Assembly: GCA_041583775.1 (NCBI GenBank)
Contig: JBFHFF010000001.1
Span: 94,676-158,675, forward strand
Origin: Candidatus Moraniibacteriota bacterium
Lineage (GTDB): Bacteria > Patescibacteriota > Minisyncoccia > Moranbacterales > DUUL01
Length of the DNA: 64,000 nt
Reading direction: 5' to 3'
Of the stretch, positions 59,001 through 64,000 are shown piece after piece (position 1 is the stretch's first letter; every line of letters starts with the position of its first letter). The translations under genes and the position numbers were made by a program. A model generated the notes under the pieces. That model was given only the letters and a program-made list of their open reading frames with translations, was not told the origin of the DNA and did no database searches.

Positions 59001-62000
59001 AACTCTTGATGGGACATCTTCAAGCTCTTCCCAAGAATCAGCAGTAATGTTATATCTAAAATTTTCTCTAGTATTATTTCCCCTCATTGCATGCAAGTAT
59101 CCATCTCTTGTATCAACCAATGAACCACCATAGTTTATAGCAGCTGGAGCACTAGTTCTTGTCTCCCAAGAGCCAGAATTCACATCATATCTCCACATAG
59201 TAGAATAATTACCACCTCTGGTCCAATAAATATATGGCACATCACCAACTTCTTTATAAAGAATTTTTCCCCCATAATTATTTGTGAGTCCAGAAGTTGT
59301 CGGAAGTGCCGAAGACCAGCGGCTGCCAGCCGTAGCCTGCGTATCATATCTCCACCAATTAGAGCTTGCTCCTCTAGTAAGGTATATATATCTAGCGCCA
59401 TCGTATGTCATAGAGGACCCAGAGCTTGTCTGTAGAGGAATCGGATCTGTAGTAATTGTCTCCCAGGTATTCGTAGCAACTTCATATCTCATAAAATAGT
59501 TGTTGCTTCCGTCAATAGCTCTTGATCTTGTTCCGGTACCAGTTGAAAGATATATCGCGTTCTCATCTTCGTTGTATGCCATTGCTGTACCAGACCAAAG
59601 ACCAACAGGGGTATCTGCTAATTTCAGAAACTCACCAGAATTAGTATCATATTTTCCGAAATCACTACTGTAATAACCTCTTGTTATATATAAACTACCC
59701 GCACCATCTTCAACAAGTTCGGAGCCATAATAATAGTCAAAATATGAATTAGTACTATCCAAAATGGATGGTCCAAAAAAACCTCTTTGTGGAATTTCCC
59801 AAGAATTTTCTTCGATATTAAAACGATAAAACAAAGTTGAACCATTAGCTCTAAGAACATAAACATATCCATCAACAACTTTCATAGTAGTTCCGTAGGC
59901 AATACTATTTGGAATTTTAGGAAGTTGCATCCAAGAATCAGTTGTTACATCATACTTCATAAAGTTATCTCTCCAATTTCCACTTAACATGAAAATTGAA
60001 TTTGTTTCATCATCATAAGAAACGCAACCACCGTAATAAACACCGATTGGAGCTTTAGCTAAAGGAACCCAAGAATTTCCATCTTCTCCAGTTTCAATAT
60101 CATCGTCGATAATGTATTTTGAAAAATAAGGATAGTAATTACCCTGTAAGGCATATATGTAATTCTCTCCGTCGAAAACTGCATCAGCTCCTGCATAAAC
60201 CCTTTGTCCATCAGACTCATTTGGATTTCCAAATTCCGCATTAGATAAAGTTGTCCAACGATTGTCTTGAGTGTCATAACGATAAAAAACATCATCATTC
60301 CCTGGAAACGCATAAATATACCTTCCTCCGTCCGAAGAAAGTGAGCTACCATAAGTAAAATTCTTTGGTGCACTTGAAACTGATTCCCAATTATCATTTA
60401 CGATATCATACCTCCAAAAAGTTGAGGTATTTGTGCCACGAGATGCAAATAAATAACCCTCTGGTCCTTCTGCTAAAGTTCCTCCATAATAAACGGCCTC
60501 TGGTGCATCCTTAAGCGAAGACCAAGTATCAGTTTCTATGTCATAAACATAAAAACTTTTTTGATTATAACCTCTCAATGAATATAATTTACCATCGACA
60601 TGAACTAACTCAGCTCCTCGCTGAATTGTTCCTGGGGCATTTGACAAAAGTGTCTGTTGCCAAAAGCCATCGACTGCTTCCAGTTGTAATTCATCAGGCT
60701 CTGCTGAAGTTGAAATGTTCTCCACTTCACCCTCTTCAAAATCTGCCTGACTTGTTTGTATCTCAGTTTGAAAAGGAGAAACTCCATCATAGCTATAAAC
60801 AAAAGCCTCCCAAACTTCATCAGTTATATTCCCGTCGTTATCTTTCGTCTTCAAAAGTAAATAATAATCTCCTGTTGTCATCGCAATATTAGCAGAATAA
60901 CTAGTTGCTGTTTGAAAAACACCCTCAGTTTCTGGATCAGCAGAACTATCAGGTCCAAAATATACAAAATACCCTTCTATTTGAGATCCCGCATCTGATG
61001 CCTCTGTCCAAGAGAAAAAAGGGTGTGTATGTTTATACTCAGTGCTACTGACAAGAGATTCTCCTCCTATTCTTGCTGATGATGCTGAAATTGTTGTGGG
61101 ATTGATAGGGTCAACATCCTCACTATTATATGAAATTGTGATGTCATCAATAGTTGGAGTTTTTTCTCCATCAGAACTTACAAGGGTTACTTTCACTTGT
61201 AAATATCTTTTTTTAGGAGATTGGATATCAGTTCCTGAAATAGCCGTCCAAACAGACCAAGTAATGGCATCATCAGAACTTCTAGTTTGATATACAACAG
61301 AAGTATTAATTGGTATATCCTCGCTTGCTGTTAACGATATCCAGGAGTCAACATATCCAAGGTCCAATACTTCACTTGTGAAAGTTCCATTTAGAGTAAA
61401 GTTTGTTGTTCCTGCGGTATAACTCCAAAAATCAGTAATATCAGTTCCTGGTGAAGCATAAAAAGAATTGTTTCCAGTATAAGCAATTGATGCTCCTGCC
61501 CAAGTTCCTCGACCATAAGAATATTTTTGATTAAATGGCAATTCCCTCCAAGAGTCAGTTGCTATTGTATATTCCCAGGTACTGTTTTGATAATTTCCTG
61601 CAAGCGCTAAAATCTTTCCATTTTCATCAAATGTTAAATCTGTACCATAATATTGAGCAAAAGGTGTTTTTTCCAATTTACTCCAAGAATTAGTAGCTGT
61701 ATCATATTTCAAAAACGCAGTCTCTCCATCACCCACAGTGGTATAAAGATTAGTACCATCAGAAATTAAACGAGCACCAACATACGGATAATAATAAAAA
61801 TCATCAGTAGCAACATCAGCCATTTGAGTCCACGAATCGCCAGCAATATCATACCGATAAAAACTTCTCTGGGCATTACCCCTCAAAACATAAATAAAAC
61901 CATCAGAGGCATTATAAACAGCATTTGCACCTTGCCCCAAAGTTCCTGGCGCTGCCGACATTGAACTCCAAGAATCACTAGCTATGTCGTAACGGTAAAA

Positions 62001-63545
62001 ATTACCAGTGGTATTATCGCCTCTTGGAATATAAATATAACCATTATGATAAGTACCTTTTGTATCATAATTCATATTAAGCGGCAAAGAGCTCATCACG
62101 CTCCAACTATTAGCTGAGACATCGTATCGATAAAAAGCGTTATTATTGTCACCTTTAATACCATACAAATAATTACCAGCACCAACAATTCCATTCCAAA
62201 TCAAGCCACCACCCGTATTGAAACTACTTGGGGCATCTGCTGGCCCAACCCAATCACCACTAGATCCCTCTGCTGGGTCAAACTTCCAAAAAGTGTATGA
62301 TCCATTCCCTCTAATTACAAAAAATTTATCGTTATCAGTATCATATGCTATAGAAGAATAATTCGTGGTTAAGGGAGTATCTTCTAATGTGTCCCAAGAA
62401 TCAGTATCAATACAATATCTATAAAATGTATTTGTATTACCAGAGCGCAAAAAATAAACATATCCATCTCGATAAACACCTTTCTTTTCACCATTAAAAG
62501 AAAGGGGCGAATCTGCCAAAGCATTCCATGAATTATTATCAATGTCATATTCCCAAAGAGTTTTTTGATTATAACCCCGAAGAACATACATTTTCCTGTT
62601 ATCCCCATAGACTAATCCACCTCCTGTGTAAATATTGGCAGGCGCTGGGGCAAGATTATACCAACTATTTTCAGAAATATCAAACTTCCAAAAATCTGTA
62701 GAATTTTGTCCGCGTGTTATAAAAAAATCTGCTCCATCAAATTCGATTCCAGCACCCTGATAAACAGAGTCTAAAAGGTTTGGAAGTTTTTCCCATTCAT
62801 CAGTTTCAATATCATAAGAATAAAACTCCTTTGAATAACCCCCAAAAATAAAATATAACTTATCAACTCCATTATATGCAACATCGGCACCATAAAAAGC
62901 TGGCTGTGGCATATCGATAGTTTTAACCCACTCATTAAGATCAATGTTGTAGACATATAAATCTTTGTCGCTATAACCTCTCACTAAATATAAATAATTT
63001 CCTACGACAACAGAAGTAGATCCATATGCAATAGTGTCATATGCCGGAGCCCAAGAACGAGCAGTCCAAGTACCACTTGATGATAATTGAATTGAGTCAG
63101 TTTTGCTTGTAGTTGAAATATTAAAAATTTCTCCACTCTCCCATTCCATTTGAGATGAAATCGTTTTTGATTGTGGTGCTGCAGAAATAAGCGGACTAAC
63201 CAAAAAAATAACAGCTATAAGCAAGGAGGCTAATGTTGAATTATAGATAACAACTTTAATTGTGCGAAAAATAAATACAAAAATACCCCCAATAATATCT
63301 TTAAATTTTGAAGCAACCTTCAAAACGCTAAATTGCCAACCCAAGACACTTCTATTTCTTTTCTTATTCTCAGTTTGTTCCAAAAATTCATCTAGCTTAT
63401 TGATTGAATATTGCTTGTTAATTTGGTTTTTTTTAACTCTTTTTTTCCCAAGCAAAAAACCAAGAATATTCACCTTCTTGTTTCTTTTAAAAATACCTCC
63501 ACTTATTATTTTATTTTTTTTATTATTTATATTTTTTTGTTTCAT
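56073..63545 (-). CDS. Giant (2490 aa) cell-surface protein: N-terminal TM anchor, two blocks of Kelch/beta-propeller repeats, FN3-like modules, C-terminal FN3/PAP-N-like repeat pair
   Basis: Single ORF. Dozens of repeats of the form Y.YDI..D.W..L / Y.GG (for example YSYDIETDEWEKL and YRYDIASDSWSSM). PTNPT-containing FN3-like linkers. C-terminal paired domains of about 90 aa (…KYYYRAKYIDPDGNIG… / …DYSFQIDAIDDDLNEF…). Confidence 0.8.
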   Translation of the reverse strand: MKQKNINNKKNKIISGGIFKRNKKVNILGFLLGKKRVKKNQINKQYSINKLDEFLEQTENKKRNRSVLGWQFSVLKVASKFKDIIGGIFVFIFRTIKVVIYNSTLASLLIAVIFLVSPLISAAPQSKTISSQMEWESGEIFNISTTSKTDSIQLSSSGTWTARSWAPAYDTIAYGSTSVVVGNYLYLVRGYSDKDLYVYNIDLNEWVKTIDMPQPAFYGADVAYNGVDKLYFIFGGYSKEFYSYDIETDEWEKLPNLLDSVYQGAGIEFDGADFFITRGQNSTDFWKFDISENSWYNLAPAPANIYTGGGLVYGDNRKMYVLRGYNQKTLWEYDIDNNSWNALADSPLSFNGEKKGVYRDGYVYFLRSGNTNTFYRYCIDTDSWDTLEDTPLTTNYSSIAYDTDNDKFFVIRGNGSYTFWKFDPAEGSSGDWVGPADAPSSFNTGGGLIWNGIVGAGNYLYGIKGDNNNAFYRYDVSANSWSVMSSLPLNMNYDTKGTYHNGYIYIPRGDNTTGNFYRYDIASDSWSSMSAAPGTLGQGANAVYNASDGFIYVLRGNAQRSFYRYDIAGDSWTQMADVATDDFYYYPYVGARLISDGTNLYTTVGDGETAFLKYDTATNSWSKLEKTPFAQYYGTDLTFDENGKILALAGNYQNSTWEYTIATDSWRELPFNQKYSYGRGTWAGASIAYTGNNSFYASPGTDITDFWSYTAGTTNFTLNGTFTSEVLDLGYVDSWISLTASEDIPINTSVVYQTRSSDDAITWSVWTAISGTDIQSPKKRYLQVKVTLVSSDGEKTPTIDDITISYNSEDVDPINPTTISASSARIGGESLVSSTEYKHTHPFFSWTEASDAGSQIEGYFVYFGPDSSADPETEGVFQTATSYSANIAMTTGDYYLLLKTKDNDGNITDEVWEAFVYSYDGVSPFQTEIQTSQADFEEGEVENISTSAEPDELQLEAVDGFWQQTLLSNAPGTIQRGAELVHVDGKLYSLRGYNQKSFYVYDIETDTWSSLKDAPEAVYYGGTLAEGPEGYLFASRGTNTSTFWRYDIVNDNWESVSSAPKNFTYGSSLSSDGGRYIYAFPGNDDVFYRYDTQDNRWTTLSNAEFGNPNESDGQRVYAGADAVFDGENYIYALQGNYYPYFSKYIIDDDIETGEDGNSWVPLAKAPIGVYYGGCVSYDDETNSIFMLSGNWRDNFMKYDVTTDSWMQLPKIPNSIAYGTTMKVVDGYVYVLRANGSTLFYRFNIEENSWEIPQRGFFGPSILDSTNSYFDYYYGSELVEDGAGSLYITRGYYSSDFGKYDTNSGEFLKLADTPVGLWSGTAMAYNEDENAIYLSTGTGTRSRAIDGSNNYFMRYEVATNTWETITTDPIPLQTSSGSSMTYDGARYIYLTRGASSNWWRYDTQATAGSRWSSALPTTSGLTNNYGGKILYKEVGDVPYIYWTRGGNYSTMWRYDVNSGSWETRTSAPAAINYGGSLVDTRDGYLHAMRGNNTRENFRYNITADSWEELEDVPSRVYREGDAVFSNDRIWLTARGESDSYRNGLYSYVVGSAENDTGFKKTGNYTSESIDLIDVYKWANLTARYILPNNTSAVIYTRTSSDEVEWSSWERVTNEQIPSPNEHRFNILSGENRYIQIRIEFTSSDRIKSPLLEDIEINYYQDSIAPTNPTSVVGYNNSSSGVILTSNAWYGNIAPYFVWPAAEEVNGASDGSGGSGVVGYYVYFGTDSSADPYLEGNLQSENTFTAENLSSGEDYYLRIKAIDDAEMVPASTYAAFTYRFDNTSPTNPTNILVNPAGYTASDNYTFTWESDVTDAHSGVAKFQYQTDGDEKDVWYDIDDPMATTLTLPNDEHTVAAYQSGKNWFHLRVVDAAGNVSAAINQEYYFSSSAPSPPRNLTVTPETSTINSFAFQWDQPESYMGDANKIKYVYSVNALPNAYNIINTAVRAAGPGPFATQKGLNRFYVCAMDEAENIDYDLYAYVDFEADTSAPGAPVNIQIFDTSDRENQEYSIALKWSPPVSINEDNFDGYIIYRSDDDETFKEVASTSGSAYVDTELESRTYYYYVKSKDSTNNISIASTTVNIIPTGRYTTPPTLVTEPTHTVQAYEATIKWGTNRFASSFVEYGKSMSLGKTNGQVDSLTDHIVELTGLDAGSKYYYRAKYIDPDGNIGMSDILTFETLPPPTISEVEASDVGLDVATIFWTTNTSAKCTLHYGKGGSLSELIEETSSGSSHMIKLTGLDSTTDYSFQIDAIDDDLNEFSSDRYNFRTLEQPISSDLIVENKENVDIPTVIVKYNTTLPTNTLINFKMTSEASLHNFLDNEYVTEHSIELEGLAPSVEYEINVGGTAEDGVSATTLDTKIITKADSRPPGILSNRAVGRVIGRGKDARANLYIKVETDEITTAKVFYSPGIVLANFEQSSAEDPLNTYHLVTIPVDPGQVYSYIVKTFDESGNETSTKAVTVIVEDSKENATEIVVGTFADKFSWISKLWQ

Positions 63546-63686
63546 TCTTGTTGAGGTCGCCCTTGCAAAAACAAAATTTTTAACACTTTAAACGGGATTA
63601 GTTCAACTAAGCGCTAGTCTCGTTATGCTGTTTTTCTGAAAATAAACTTTTCAGGTTGACTATCAGAAAAAATTTTATTTTTTATT

Positions 63687-63968
63687 TCAAAACTCACCTA
63701 TCACCTCTTTATTCGCAAAATCAATCTTTGATATATCAGTCTCCTCAATAGACTCACTTTTTAAATAAATTTTCCTGCCTTTTTTAAGCCTTCCTTTTTT
63801 CTCCTCTCCTAGAAATATATCCGTACTTTCTTCAAAAACCAATAGTTCTGGATCAGTCTGAAATCCTTTTTCCACACAAAAAACAGAAGATGGTGTTTCG
63901 ATTCGATAGTTTTCCACCTCAACATTGTATTTCCTGGAACTTAAAAATCCCACTTTATTATAAATCAA
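63687..63968 (-). CDS. Hypothetical protein (93 aa)
   Basis: ORF lies upstream of the giant gene. No motif. Weak support. Confidence 0.3.
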   Translation of the reverse strand: MIYNKVGFLSSRKYNVEVENYRIETPSSVFCVEKGFQTDPELLVFEESTDIFLGEEKKGRLKKGRKIYLKSESIEETDISKIDFANKEVIGEF

Positions 63969-64000
63969 ACCATTTAAAAGTGATATATTGATTTGATAGA

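Noticed and set aside
1-64000. Prophage, ICE, transposon or other mobile element boundaries
   Set aside because: I saw no integrase, transposase, relaxase, terminal inverted repeats or tRNA attachment site. The coupling-ATPase operon is flanked by ordinary housekeeping genes (tsaD on one side, glycosyltransferases on the other).

Overview
This is an AT-rich, gene-dense bacterial segment with about 49 protein-coding genes, roughly 80% on the minus strand. The codon table is standard: long ORFs are not interrupted by TGA. I saw no tRNA, rRNA, CRISPR array, transposase or integrase, although I did not scan every intergenic region base by base. The gene content and style fit a small-genome, cell-wall-bearing, probably episymbiotic bacterium (Patescibacteria/CPR-like). 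That taxonomic placement is an inference, not a measurement. The supporting observations are housekeeping genes interleaved with a PilB-type pilus ATPase, two giant envelope proteins, many short acidic hypothetical proteins and a minimal regulator set.

Housekeeping and envelope genes I recognise from motifs:
- lgt (GRIGNFLNGELYG signature) and tsaD.
- serS and lysS.
- ddl and murA.
- mreB and an FtsQ-like POTRA protein.
- dnaJ, ruvB and pcrA/uvrD.
- holB, rsmA/ksgA and purM.
- Also: an L,D-transpeptidase (SHGCVRL), an RlpA-like DPBB protein, NUDIX and MazG-like hydrolases, two GT4 glycosyltransferases, two GT-C (ArnT/PMT-like) glycosyltransferases, a CDP-alcohol phosphatidyltransferase, an alpha-glucan phosphorylase (EASGTSGMK PLP motif), a 61-aa ferredoxin and a MacB/FtsX-type ABC pair.

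The most unusual loci:
1. A tight four-gene minus-strand operon (5883..14343) bracketed by bidirectional terminators. It encodes a 1675-aa repeat-containing protein with central TM segments and no signal peptide, then two small acidic proteins, then a TraD/TraG/VirD4-type coupling ATPase (Walker A GQTGTGKST, IIDPHGD, Walker B YLYIDEF, C-terminal LIVAHQ). No VirB4/VirB6/VirB9/VirB10 genes are present. This is the best candidate for an undescribed secretion or DNA-transfer module.
2. A 1102-aa protein that is two complete PilB/GspE ATPase units fused head-to-tail. Both keep Walker A/B, His box and the tetracysteine motif. No pilC/pilM/pilT gene is in the window.
3. A 2490-aa Kelch/beta-propeller plus FN3-repeat surface protein whose 3' end overlaps the start of a MacB/FtsX-type ABC exporter pair.
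4. Two adjacent GGDEF-domain paralogs with near-identical duplicated promoters (TTGACAAAC-N-AAAATATGC-[T/C]ATATT). One has an intact GGEEF site. The other is degenerate (DNGQF).
5. A VirB2/TrbC-like two-helix Cys-rich secreted protein with an imperfect 9-bp tandem repeat encoding a (GTT)n linker and a possible M15-like peptidase motif.
6. A MurF-like ligase that lacks its C-terminal domain, located in the cell-wall cluster ddl – aminotransferase – mur ligase – ftsQ.
7. A metallophosphoesterase-fold protein with every metal-ligand motif degenerated.
8. Two candidate structured RNA/attenuator regions: 16641..17246, with a terminator/anti-terminator pair just upstream of a small zinc-ribbon ORF, and 39630..39896, a roughly 180-nt plus-strand element closed by a 15/16-bp stem with its own promoter-like site and terminator.

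All functional calls are from motif-level reading of the provided translations. No database searches were run.
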